Positions 1 to 9,611 of a DNA stretch of 64,000 bases are shown piece by piece. How positions within the stretch are numbered: position 1 is the stretch's first letter; every line of letters starts with the position of its first letter. Source of the stretch: a bacterium (GTDB lineage Bacteria; UBA8248; JACPRG01; G963555815); contig CAUVWX020000001.1 in assembly GCA_963555815.3 (NCBI GenBank), positions 192,001 to 256,000 on the forward strand, read 5' to 3'. A model generated the notes under the pieces. The model had not been told where the DNA came from, made no database searches, and worked only from the letters and a program-made list of their open reading frames with translations. The position numbers and the translations under genes were made by a program.

Positions 1-886
1 CAAGACCTGCCAGGAGCCAGGGAAGGCGGTAGCGCGCCACTCGAAAGGCCGAACGGGTCAGGATCTCTTCGTCACGAGTCCCCGCCATCTTCAGGATGTC
101 TTCTGTCGCTTCATCGCGCAGGACATCGATGACGTCATCTACGGTCACGATCCCCTCCAGCTTGTTGTCCTCATCCACTACGGGGACGGCCAGAAGGTTG
201 TACCCTGAGACGAGGCGGGCCACCTCCTCCTGGTGGGTGTCGGTTCTGACCCGATAAACCTCCCGGCGCATGAAGGATTTCAGGGAGGCGGTGGGAGGGG
301 AGAAAAGGAGCTGCCGCAGGGAGATGACCCCCTCCAGCCGGCCCAGGTCATCGACGACATAGATATAGAAGACCGTCTCCGCCTCGCTGGCCTTGCGGAC
401 GGCCTTGATGGCGTCCTCAACGGAGGCATCCTTTTCCAGGGCCAGGAAGTGGGGGGTCATGATCCCCCCCGCCGTATCCTCGTCGTAGCGGAGGAGATCG
501 GTCACAGGCTCCGCCATCCCCGCATGGAGGATATCCAGGATGCTGCGGGCCTGTTCCTCTGGGAGCATGCCGATGATGTCCGTCACATCATCGGCGTCCA
601 TCTCCTGAAAAAAGGCGGCAATGTCCTTTGGCTCCCTCTTCTCCAGGATTTCCTGGACCGTGGGGGGATCGCACTCGCTCAGGATCTCTCCGGCTCGGGC
701 GGGCGGGCCCACCAGCTCGAAGACCTGCCGTTTCTCGTCCAGCTCTAGCTGTCTAAGGAGATGGGCGACGTCAGAGGCGTGGAGTTTGTTGACGAGGTTG
801 GTGATATGAGGAGAGGCCCCGCGACGCAAGAGGCGCCGGATAGAGTCTTGCGCCAGACTCAATCTGTGCTCGCTGGCTTGAACCAT
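1..886 (-). CDS. mgtE: Magnesium transporter MgtE (partial; runs off the window edge)
   Basis: Manual minus-strand translation from ATG at 886 gives the MgtE N-domain and CBS pair: AGGIMTPHF...FYIYVVDDLGRLEGVISLRQL...YNLLAVPVVDEDNKLEGIVTVDDVIDVLRDEATEDILKMAG. Absent from the ORF track because it is open at the edge. Confidence 0.9.
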   Translation of the reverse strand, partial: MVQASEHRLSLAQDSIRRLLRRGASPHITNLVNKLHASDVAHLLRQLELDEKRQVFELVGPPARAGEILSECDPPTVQEILEKREPKDIAAFFQEMDADDVTDIIGMLPEEQARSILDILHAGMAEPVTDLLRYDEDTAGGIMTPHFLALEKDASVEDAIKAVRKASEAETVFYIYVVDDLGRLEGVISLRQLLFSPPTASLKSFMRREVYRVRTDTHQEEVARLVSGYNLLAVPVVDEDNKLEGIVTVDDVIDVLRDEATEDILKMAGTRDEEILTRSAFRVARYRLPWLLAGL

Positions 887-1134
887 CGTTCGCCTCGATG
901 GAAGGACCCCCCGTTGGGATATCGTAAAGTCCGCATCAATCTAGTCCCCGCCATCTGCGCTGTCAATTGACAATTGACCTGCGTGTGAGGCGAGGGGAAT
1001 CTGCGTTCAGTCGGGGCGGGATGGGGGAAACCTATCGAAACACCCTTGTCTCAAAAGGGACGGGTGATTATGATAGCAATGAGTGTGAACAGTTGTTTTT
1101 TTAGTCCGTTTGTCCTGGGACGGGAGTTCTAGCC

Positions 1135-2805
1135 ATCCGCAAGGTCCACGGTCATCTCACCGGGCTTAAGTCCCACCAGCTCAAACGCCTAGAACACCTC
1201 TACCGGCGTAAAATTCCCTCCGAGCGAGTGATCACCTGGGAGGCGGGACGGGCCCTTTGCGAGCTCTCCGCTGAGCTCCGCCGTCAGGTCGCCCTCCTCA
1301 TCGATCGGAGCGGGGTAGTTTCCCACGTCATCGTCGGAGACGCTAAGGGGATCTTCATCCCGGACCTCAAGCGCGCCCGTTCGAGCGGCGAGCGCCTTCG
1401 CGGGCTCAGGTGTGTTCATACCCATCTCAAGGGAGAGCGGCTGAGTCAGGATGACCTGACAGATCTCGCCCTCCTCCGTCTGGATCTCATGGCCGCCGTC
1501 ACGGTGGGAAAGGGGCCCCCTCCCCTGCCGGGGATAATCCACCTGGCCCACCTTCTTCCGGAAAATCCCCAGGACAAGCGCTGGGAAGTGCTCGCCCCTG
1601 TCCCCCTGGAGCGCTTCGACCTGGACTGCGCCTCGCTCATTGAGCACCTCGAGCGGGAATTGACCAGGGCCCAGGGGGTCCGGACGGTCGAGGACGGGAG
1701 CGAGCGAGTCATTCTCATCCATGTGGCCACGCCTCAGGACAGAGACCCCGAGACTTCCCTGGAGGAGCTGAGGGAACTGTCTCGCTCCAGCGGCCTCGTC
1801 ATCTTAGACGCCCTCGTCCAGCGACGCCCCGCGCCGGACCCGAAGACCCTCGTTGGCCCCGGCAAACTCAAGGAGCTGGTCATCAAGGCACAACAATTAG
1901 GAGCCGACCTTCTCCTTTTTGACCAGGAACTGACGCCGGCTCAGGTCCGCTCCCTCTCGGAATTGACGGATATGAAAGTCATCGACCGGACCCAGCTCAT
2001 CCTGGACATCTTCGCCCAGAGGGCCAAGAGCCGAGACGGGAAACTCCAGGTGGAGATGGCGCAACTCAAATATCTCCTGCCCCGCCTGGTGACCCAGGAC
2101 CGGGCGCTCTCCCGTCTGGCCGGGGGGATCGGGACGCGAGGACCGGGTGAGACGAAGCTCGAGATTGACCGGCGCCGAGTCCGAGATCGAATCCATCGAT
2201 TGGAGAAAGCGCTCAAGGCCCTCGATCAAGGCCGGGGTCAGAGACGTCACAAAAGGAAGCGAAGGGGACTCCCCATCCTGTCCATCGTGGGATATACGAA
2301 CGCCGGGAAGTCCACCCTTTTGAACACCCTCACCCAAAGTCATCTCCCCGTCGAGGACCGCCTCTTCGAGACGCTGGACCCTGCCAGCCGTCGGCTCCGA
2401 TTCCCACGGGATATGGAGGTCATCGTCACGGACACGGTGGGCTTCATCCGGGATCTCCCGCGGGAGCTTCTGACGGCCTTCCGGGCAACGCTGGTAGAAC
2501 TTGAGGATGCGGACCTACTCCTTCATGTGGTGGACGTCAGCAATCCTCAGTTTGAAGACCAGATGGGGGCTGTGGAGGAACTTCTGGACGCCCTCGGGCT
2601 GAGTAAGATTCCCCGCCTTCGGGTTTTCAACAAGATGGACCGTGTGGAGCCAGCCTTAGTGAAGGCCATCTGCCGGCGCTACGATGCCGTCCCCATCCAC
2701 GCCCTGGACGCCGAAACCCTTCGCCCACTGATCGACCGGGCCCAAGCCCTCCTCTGGCGCAAGTTCCACCCTGAGGTCTCAGCCAAAGCACTCGCCCTTC
2801 GCTAG
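1135..2805 (+). CDS. hflX: GTPase HflX, long form with N-terminal extension; probable ATC start
   Basis: VIDRTQLILDIFAQRA, GGIGTRGPGETKLE, G1 GYTNAGKS, DTVGF, NKMD. The frame is open upstream of track start 1228 to ATC at 1135, with GGGAG at 1122-1126. Confidence 0.93.
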   Translation: MRKVHGHLTGLKSHQLKRLEHLYRRKIPSERVITWEAGRALCELSAELRRQVALLIDRSGVVSHVIVGDAKGIFIPDLKRARSSGERLRGLRCVHTHLKGERLSQDDLTDLALLRLDLMAAVTVGKGPPPLPGIIHLAHLLPENPQDKRWEVLAPVPLERFDLDCASLIEHLERELTRAQGVRTVEDGSERVILIHVATPQDRDPETSLEELRELSRSSGLVILDALVQRRPAPDPKTLVGPGKLKELVIKAQQLGADLLLFDQELTPAQVRSLSELTDMKVIDRTQLILDIFAQRAKSRDGKLQVEMAQLKYLLPRLVTQDRALSRLAGGIGTRGPGETKLEIDRRRVRDRIHRLEKALKALDQGRGQRRHKRKRRGLPILSIVGYTNAGKSTLLNTLTQSHLPVEDRLFETLDPASRRLRFPRDMEVIVTDTVGFIRDLPRELLTAFRATLVELEDADLLLHVVDVSNPQFEDQMGAVEELLDALGLSKIPRLRVFNKMDRVEPALVKAICRRYDAVPIHALDAETLRPLIDRAQALLWRKFHPEVSAKALALR

Positions 2806-2833
2806 AAAGTGATTGGGAATCTCAGAGATTTTC

Positions 2834-5572
2834 TTACCTTCCCTCGGGGTAGGTCCCATCGTCGGGTTTGACCATCCCGATGGTGTAGGCGTCTACCGGG
2901 AGGTATTGACGGGCAACCCTCAGGACATCCTCCGCCGTCACGGACTCGATATGCTGCGCGTAGCGCTGGAAGGCGTCGTAACCTAAGCCGTAGCGTTCGT
3001 TAAAGGCCATGTCTGCAGCCTGGGCGGAGTTCTCCTGGAGGCCGATCTCAAAAGAGCCGATGAGAAGCCGCTTCGCCCGGGAGAGCTCCTCCTCTGAGAT
3101 GGAAGAAGTCCTGAGTTTTTCGAGTTCCTCCAGAGCGGCCGTGGTCGCCTGCTCGACCTTTTCAGGGCTCACCCCCAAATAGACCCCAAGGACTCCCGGG
3201 TCCAGACCCAGCCGTGAAAAACCCGACAGGGAGTAGGCGAGGCTTTGCTTGTCCCGAAGTTCCACAAAGAGGCGGCCGCCCTGATTGGAGAGGACGGCGT
3301 CCAGCACCTCTAATGGGTAGCGGTCGGGATCATCGAGCGTCGTCCCGAGGAAACCGATGATCAGGTGGGCCTGTTGCTTGTCACGGTGGCGAACGCTTCG
3401 CTGGACGGTGCTCGGGGCCTCCACGGCCGGAAGTTGCGGAGGCTGAAATCCCCGCCTCTCCATCCCGCCGAAATATTGCTGGACGAGTCGAAGGACGTCT
3501 TGCCTTCGAACATCTCCCACCACAGCGAGGACGAGGTTTTCGGGATCAACAAGGCGCCGATAATAGTCGAGGAGGTCTTCTCGCTTCAGGGCCGTCACAG
3601 ACTTCTCAGTTCCGATGACGGGCATTCCGTAGGGGTGTTCGGGATAAAGGGTCTCAGAAAAAAGCTGGAAGGCGTATTGGACCAGGTTGTCCTCCTGGCG
3701 TTTGATGGCGGCCAGGATGTTACGGCGACTCTTTTCCATCTCGGATGGATCAAAGGTAGGGTGAAGAAGGACGTCCGAGAAGATTTCTAGGAGCCGCTCG
3801 AAGCTCCCGCTAAGACCCTCGGCCTCCACCCCAAAGCTGTTGCGCCCGGAAAAGCCGCCCAGGCCGGCGGCCATAGACTCAACGAGGGTGGCCAGGGTGG
3901 CCGCGTCCCGGGTCTCGGTCCCCTGGGTCAGCATGTCGGCCATGAAGTTGTTGATCCCGTTCGTCCTCTCGTCCTCAAATCGAAGGCCCCCAAGGAATAC
4001 GGCTCGAAGTGCGACGAGGGGGACCGAGGGGTTTTCCTTCACAAGGAGGGTCAGGCCGTTTGGGAGGACCTCGCGGTGCACCCCATCGGTCGTTGGAGCG
4101 AGGGGGGCAACCTCTTCCTCAATCACACCTGCGGTGGCCGCTACCGGTGACAAGTCGGAAGAGATCTCCTCCCTGGCCTCGGCGGCCTCGGTCTCAGCCG
4201 CCTCAGCCTCCCGGCGGACGGTCGCCTCATCCAATGCCCCCCCCTCCTCTTCGGGGAGGAGAATCGCGACGGTGAGGTTGTCGCCCCTGAGATACCTTTC
4301 TGCCACCTCACGAACATCCTCCGCCGTGACGGCACGGACCCCATGGAGGTACCTTTGCCCAAAGTTAATGTCCCCGGCCACGGTCTCAAAAGACCCCAGG
4401 CTTTGTGCCTGTCCCTGAACGGTTTCTTGGCGGTAGACGAAGTCGGCCTCGACGTTGGTCTTGGCCTTTTCGAGCTCGGTGGGCGAGACGGGCTGATGAC
4501 GAAACCGGTAGAGGGTTTTCAGGATGGCTCGAAGGGCCATCGGAGTCTGGGCGGGCTCAAGCGTCGCCCCGGCCACGAAGACGCCCGCGTTCTTGGGCGT
4601 GAACGAAGAGGCGGAGACAGAGTAGACGAGTTCTTGTTCGGCCTTGACGTCCCGGTAGAGACGCGAGCTCTCCCCCTGACCCGCAATGATCGCCAACACA
4701 TCCAGGGCATAGACATCTTCATGAATCAGGGCGGGGATATGGAAAGCGAGTTCGAGATGGGCCTCCTTCACAGGGTCCGTCAGGAAGGTGACTCGAAGAC
4801 CCTCCTGGGTGGGCTCGGCTGGCCGTTCCCGCGGGGGCGGAAAAGGTCGAGAGAAAGTGGAAAAGGCATTTTTAATCTTGGGCAGGGCCTCCCTGGCGTC
4901 AAAATCCCCCGCCACGACCAAGGACATGTTCTCAGGGGCGTACCAGCGGCGATAAAAGTCCAGGATGAAGGGACGGCTGAAACCTCGGATCCTGTCTGCG
5001 TAACCGATGACCGGCCTCCGGTAGGGATGGACCCGGTAGCTCTCGCCAAAGAGGGCTTGGGCGACCTGCCGGCCGGGGCGGTCCTCCCCCCGTTTCACCT
5101 CCTCGATGACCACCTCCAGCTCCTTCTCGAGTTCGTCCGGGTCAAAGGAGGAATTCTGGATGGCGTCAGCGATGATGTCGAGGCCGACGTCAAAGAACCG
5201 GCTGGCGAGGACGATATGATAGACGGTCTGGTCAAAGGAGGTGAAGGCGTTGATGTTTCCTCCGGCCCCTTCCACCTCCTGGGCAATCTGCCCCACTCCC
5301 CGCCGCTCGGTCCCCTTGAAGATCATGTGCTCCAGGACGTGGGCCAGACCCGCTTCGGCGTCCGACTCGTCTGCGCTCCCCACCTTGACCCAGATGTTGA
5401 AGGCCACAACGGGGGCCGAGCGCACCTCCTGGAGAATGACCGTAAGACCGTTATCGAGAGTCACCCTAATGGGTTTCAAACCCTCGCGTGTCGCACCTGC
5501 CGAAGGCACTGGCAGACCCAGAAAAGAAATCAGCATGAACCCTCCCAGCCCCCTCAAGAGTCCTCGGGTCAT
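2834..5572 (-). CDS. M16 (pitrilysin/insulinase) family zinc protease with two fused M16 modules, probably exported
   Basis: HxxEH (HVLEH) and NAFTSFD in the first half; the second half lacks the metal motif. A signal-peptide-like segment follows ATG 5572 (track ORF starts at 5689). Confidence 0.9.
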   Translation of the reverse strand: MTRGLLRGLGGFMLISFLGLPVPSAGATREGLKPIRVTLDNGLTVILQEVRSAPVVAFNIWVKVGSADESDAEAGLAHVLEHMIFKGTERRGVGQIAQEVEGAGGNINAFTSFDQTVYHIVLASRFFDVGLDIIADAIQNSSFDPDELEKELEVVIEEVKRGEDRPGRQVAQALFGESYRVHPYRRPVIGYADRIRGFSRPFILDFYRRWYAPENMSLVVAGDFDAREALPKIKNAFSTFSRPFPPPRERPAEPTQEGLRVTFLTDPVKEAHLELAFHIPALIHEDVYALDVLAIIAGQGESSRLYRDVKAEQELVYSVSASSFTPKNAGVFVAGATLEPAQTPMALRAILKTLYRFRHQPVSPTELEKAKTNVEADFVYRQETVQGQAQSLGSFETVAGDINFGQRYLHGVRAVTAEDVREVAERYLRGDNLTVAILLPEEEGGALDEATVRREAEAAETEAAEAREEISSDLSPVAATAGVIEEEVAPLAPTTDGVHREVLPNGLTLLVKENPSVPLVALRAVFLGGLRFEDERTNGINNFMADMLTQGTETRDAATLATLVESMAAGLGGFSGRNSFGVEAEGLSGSFERLLEIFSDVLLHPTFDPSEMEKSRRNILAAIKRQEDNLVQYAFQLFSETLYPEHPYGMPVIGTEKSVTALKREDLLDYYRRLVDPENLVLAVVGDVRRQDVLRLVQQYFGGMERRGFQPPQLPAVEAPSTVQRSVRHRDKQQAHLIIGFLGTTLDDPDRYPLEVLDAVLSNQGGRLFVELRDKQSLAYSLSGFSRLGLDPGVLGVYLGVSPEKVEQATTAALEELEKLRTSSISEEELSRAKRLLIGSFEIGLQENSAQAADMAFNERYGLGYDAFQRYAQHIESVTAEDVLRVARQYLPVDAYTIGMVKPDDGTYPEGR

Positions 5573-5835
5573 TACGTCCCTTCCTTTCCACGTTCTCCCC
5601 GGCCCTTTATTGAGCCGAGCCTGGAGTTTGTCAAGGGGAGCAAAATTTCCCAAAGGAATCAAGTGCCTTCGGCCTTTGCGCCCTGTCATCTCTGATGTCG
5701 AACCGGACTGGGTCCCTCAAGCTCGTTGACACGCCTTTCCCCAGCCCACTATCATCATTTTACAAGGTCAGGTGCAAATGAGAAATTTCCTTGCACCTCT
5801 GGAAGCCCACTTGGATGATGAGGAGGGCCGAGAAG

Positions 5836-6069
5836 ATGGCTGTAGACGCCTATGTTCTGGTCGATATGGCTGGCGGGAAGACCCGTGTGGTCCTCAATAA
5901 AATCGCAAAGCTGAAGGGTGTCCGCTCGGCACAGGCGGTGACAGGACCCCACGACGCCATCGTTCAGGTCCGGGCGGCCGACATGATAAAACTCGGCCAC
6001 CTGGTGATGAACCAGATCCGAGGAATCAGCGGGGTGGGGCGCACCCTCACCTGCGTCGTGGCGGACTGA
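5836..6069 (+). CDS. Stand-alone Lrp/AsnC ligand-binding (RAM) domain protein
   Basis: AYVLV...GVRSAQAVTGPHDAIVQV...IRGISGVGRTLTCVV; AGGAGG upstream of ATG 5836. Confidence 0.8.
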   Translation: MAVDAYVLVDMAGGKTRVVLNKIAKLKGVRSAQAVTGPHDAIVQVRAADMIKLGHLVMNQIRGISGVGRTLTCVVAD

Positions 6070-6079
6070 GCCCAACGAT

Positions 6080-7111
6080 ATGAAGGCTATCCTCTTAAAA
6101 GAACACGGGGGAGCTGATCGCTTGAAGCTGGAAGAGGTCCCCGACCTCTCCCCAGGCTCCCGGGAGGCCGTGGTGAGGGTCAAGGCCTGCGGTCTGAACC
6201 ACCTTGACCTCTTTGTCCGGGAAGGGAAGCTCCCGATCCCCATCCCCCTGCCCCACATCCTGGGGTCGGAAATGGCAGGCGAGATCCTTGCCATCGGCCC
6301 CGAAGTCGAGGGTTTCGCCGAAGGGGACCGGGTCGCGGTCCTCTCCCGGATCGGGTGTGAGAAGTGCGAATTCTGCAAGACGGGGGAGGCGAACCTCTGC
6401 CTGGATAGCCACTCTCTCGGGATTGACCTCCCGGGGGGTTACGCAGAGCAGGTGGCCGTCCCCGCCTCAAACCTTCTGCCCCTGCCAGAGGGGGTGTCCT
6501 ATGTCAACGCAGGAGGCGCAAGCCTCTCGGCACTGACGGCCTGGCACATGCTGGTGGGACGGGCGAAGATACAGCCGGGCGAGGTGGTCCTCATCTTGGC
6601 GGCCGGGAGTGGGATCGGCAGTGCAGCGGTCCAGATCGCGAAGGCCCTGGGGGCGAGGGTCATCGCCACTGCAGGGGGGGAGCAAAAATCCGAGAAGGCG
6701 AGGACCCTTGGAGCCGACGAGGTCATCGACCATCGGGCGAAAGACCTCGCGAAGGAGGCTCGCCGGTTGACGGACCGCCGGGGCGTCGATGTGGTCTTTG
6801 AGCACATCGGGGCCGATACTTTCGGGAAATCCCTGGAGGCTCTTTCGCGAAACGGCCGCCTTGTGATTTGCGGAGCCCACACGGGGAGCCGCGTGGAGAT
6901 GGACCTTTGGCGACTCTTCGCAAAACAGATCTCCATCATCGGCTCCTATTACGGCACCCGCGAGGAACTCCAAGAGGTCCTCATGATGATGGCCCTGGGC
7001 AAGCTTCGGACCGTCGTCCACGAAACCTATCCCCTTTCCGGGGCGGCCGAGGCCCAGCGTCTGATGGAGGCAAGAGGGCAGTTCGGAAAGCTCATCCTGA
7101 CGCCGAACTAG
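6080..7111 (+). CDS. Zinc-binding medium-chain dehydrogenase/reductase
   Basis: ACGLNHLD, PHILGSE, structural Zn motif CEKCEFC...C, AAGSGIG Rossmann motif, GKLIL C-terminus. Confidence 0.88.
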   Translation: MKAILLKEHGGADRLKLEEVPDLSPGSREAVVRVKACGLNHLDLFVREGKLPIPIPLPHILGSEMAGEILAIGPEVEGFAEGDRVAVLSRIGCEKCEFCKTGEANLCLDSHSLGIDLPGGYAEQVAVPASNLLPLPEGVSYVNAGGASLSALTAWHMLVGRAKIQPGEVVLILAAGSGIGSAAVQIAKALGARVIATAGGEQKSEKARTLGADEVIDHRAKDLAKEARRLTDRRGVDVVFEHIGADTFGKSLEALSRNGRLVICGAHTGSRVEMDLWRLFAKQISIIGSYYGTREELQEVLMMMALGKLRTVVHETYPLSGAAEAQRLMEARGQFGKLILTPN

Positions 7112-7245
7112 TCTGACTTGACGAGCCTGGGGGGCTTTAAGATAGGGTGAGAAAGCGGTTCACACGCCAGGGCGTGGTCATGAGTCATATCCGGCGTTTG
7201 GTCTGAGATCTAACCTGGAAGAAACTTGAGGCAAGAGGTTTTGAC

Positions 7246-8442
7246 GTGACCTGCAAGCTGAACGACATCGTCGTCATCTCGGCTGTCCGGACCCCCATGG
7301 GAAAATTCGGCGGAAGCCTGAAGGACCTCTCCGTCTTTCGCTTTGGGGCGGTGGTCATCCAGGAGGCCCTCTCCCGGGCCGGGGTCAAGCCCGAAGAGGT
7401 GGACGACGTCATCCTGGGGTGTTGCCGGCATGCGGGGAACGGAACGAACCCGGGGAGGACGGCGACACGGCTGGCGGGCCTTCCAGCCGAGGTCCCGGCC
7501 GTTACGGTCACAATGGCCTGTGCCTCCGGGATGCGGACTGTCATGATGGCAGCCCAGGCCCTTCAGCTCGAGGAGGCCCGATTTATCGTGGCCGGCGGGA
7601 TGGAGAGCATGAGCACCATCCCCTACCTCCTCATGGACGGCCGCTGGAAGGGGTTTCGAAGGGGGGACAAGAGGCTCTTTGACGGCTGGTACGATAGCCG
7701 AGACCCCTTCATCGAGGACATCGGGACAGGGCCCACCACGGAGCTTCTGGTAGAGAAGTACAAGATCTCTCGGGCCGAGCAGGACAAGTTCGCTCTGTGG
7801 AGCCACCAGAAGGCGGCCCAGGCGAGAGAGGGGGGCCTCTTTGATGATGAGATCGTTCCGGTCGAGACCCCAGCGGGGGACAACGGCCCTGGTCTCTTCT
7901 CGGCCGACGACACCATCCGGGCTGATACGAGCCTCTATAAACTCTCCCAGCTCCCAACAACCTTCAAAGAGAGCGGATGTCTGACGGCGGGAAATTCTTC
8001 ATGCCTCACGGATGGGGCCGCCGTCTTTGTCATGACGACGCGGGAGGTGGCGAAGGCCATCGGCCAAAAGCCCCTCTTCAGCATTGTCTCTCAGGCCAGC
8101 GGGGCTGTGGATAACGCATACATGGGGGAGGGCCCTTCTGTTATCCTTCCGAAGGCCCTGAAGGCGGCGGGGATGGAGGTCCACGACCTCGACTATCTCG
8201 AAGTGAATGAGGCCTTCGCCGGAATGGTCCTTGCCAATGAGAAGCTCCTTCATTGGGACCCAGATAAACTCAATGTCAGAGGGGGGGCCATCGCCCTTGG
8301 GCACCCCGTCGGGTGCAGCGGGGCGCGCATTCTCGTGACCCTTTACCACATCCTGAAGCACCAGGACGCCGAAGTCGGAGGGGCCACCATCGGGGCGGCG
8401 GGCGGAGTCTGCACGGCGATGGTGATCAGGCGGGAGAACTAG
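7246..8442 (+). CDS. Thiolase-family protein with atypical C-terminal catalytic motif
   Basis: SAVRTPMGKFGG, ACASG (nucleophile Cys), VAGGMESMS, NEAF and GHPVGCSGAR present; the CxGGG motif is replaced by GAAGG. Confidence 0.9.
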   Translation: MTCKLNDIVVISAVRTPMGKFGGSLKDLSVFRFGAVVIQEALSRAGVKPEEVDDVILGCCRHAGNGTNPGRTATRLAGLPAEVPAVTVTMACASGMRTVMMAAQALQLEEARFIVAGGMESMSTIPYLLMDGRWKGFRRGDKRLFDGWYDSRDPFIEDIGTGPTTELLVEKYKISRAEQDKFALWSHQKAAQAREGGLFDDEIVPVETPAGDNGPGLFSADDTIRADTSLYKLSQLPTTFKESGCLTAGNSSCLTDGAAVFVMTTREVAKAIGQKPLFSIVSQASGAVDNAYMGEGPSVILPKALKAAGMEVHDLDYLEVNEAFAGMVLANEKLLHWDPDKLNVRGGAIALGHPVGCSGARILVTLYHILKHQDAEVGGATIGAAGGVCTAMVIRREN

Positions 8443-8549
8443 TGCCTGCAGGAACTCGGCCTTGACGAAAGCGGGCCAGAATCCTCTACCGGTCAAGTAG
8501 CGCGCAAAAAGCCCAGCTCACTTTCCGTTCTCTTTTTAGAGGAGGGCCC

Positions 8550-9602
8550 ATGCCCCCAGCCATTCTGACCATCCATCGTGCCGTTCCCTCCTACTCCTTC
8601 TCTCAGATGCCCACCTACGAGAGTTTTTTTCGTCACTTCTTTGAGAAAAACGGCCGCGCGCGGAGCATCTTTGAAAATTCCCAGATCGAGACTCGACACA
8701 GCGTCCTGACGCCTGACTTCTTTTGCCAGGAGCACCCGATTGAGGAGCGAAACCGCCTGTATATAGAAGGGGCCTGCCGGCTGGGGGCAGAAAGCATCCA
8801 GGGATGCCTGGAAGAGCTTTCACTCTCCCCTGAGGATCTCGACCTCTTTATTGTCGTCTCCTGCACGGGCTATTCCAATCCGGGCCTTGAGATCCTCCTC
8901 GCCAAGCAGCTTGGGATGCGGCAGAACATCCGAAGGACCAGCATCGTCGGAATGGGGTGCTACGCCGCCTTTCCCGGCCTCGCCCGCGCTTTTGAATCCG
9001 TCGTCGCCCGCCCCAAGACCCGCACCCTCCTCCTTGCCGTTGAGATCTGCTCGGTCACGCTTCAAAAGGACGACTCGATGGAAAATGTAGTGGCGAGCGC
9101 CATCTTCGGGGACGGGGCGGCGGCCCTGGTGCTCGGGGACCATGAAAACTCGCGGCCCGGTCTCCCATTTCCCCACCTCCTCGACTTCGAGACGCTGACC
9201 GATTACGAGACCATCGACGACATGGGCTTCTTCGTCACCCAGTCTGGCTTTCGGATCGTGCTTTCAGCCAAAACCCCTTCATTCATTCGCCGGAATATAA
9301 AAAAGATCGTCAGTCCCTTCCTGGATCGAAATGGCCTCTCCTCCAAAGAAGTCCGCTTCTGGGCCGTCCACCCCGGGGGGAGCAAGATCCTGGATTATAT
9401 CCAGGAGGAACTAAAACTCTCGGATGACCAAATGGCCTTCTCCCGCCACATCCTTTCGACCCACGGGAACATGTCCTCCCCGACGGTCCTCTTCATCCTG
9501 GACGAGATCGCGCGAAGGGGTGGCCCCAGGCCTGGGGATTTCGGCCTGATGCTGGGGTTTGGCCCCGGACTCACCATCGAAGCCTGTCTCATTCGGTGGT
9601 AA
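8550..9602 (+). CDS. Type III polyketide synthase (chalcone synthase-like)
   Basis: Catalytic triad motifs GMGC, VHPGG and HGNMSS, plus FGDGAAA and GFGPGL. Confidence 0.93.
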   Translation: MPPAILTIHRAVPSYSFSQMPTYESFFRHFFEKNGRARSIFENSQIETRHSVLTPDFFCQEHPIEERNRLYIEGACRLGAESIQGCLEELSLSPEDLDLFIVVSCTGYSNPGLEILLAKQLGMRQNIRRTSIVGMGCYAAFPGLARAFESVVARPKTRTLLLAVEICSVTLQKDDSMENVVASAIFGDGAAALVLGDHENSRPGLPFPHLLDFETLTDYETIDDMGFFVTQSGFRIVLSAKTPSFIRRNIKKIVSPFLDRNGLSSKEVRFWAVHPGGSKILDYIQEELKLSDDQMAFSRHILSTHGNMSSPTVLFILDEIARRGGPRPGDFGLMLGFGPGLTIEACLIRW

Positions 9603-9611
9603 GAAAAGAAA

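Noticed and set aside
961..972. Palindrome TGTCAATTGACA as a specific operator
   Set aside because: Explained equally well by back-to-back -35 hexamers of divergent mgtE and hflX promoters; no second copy noticed.
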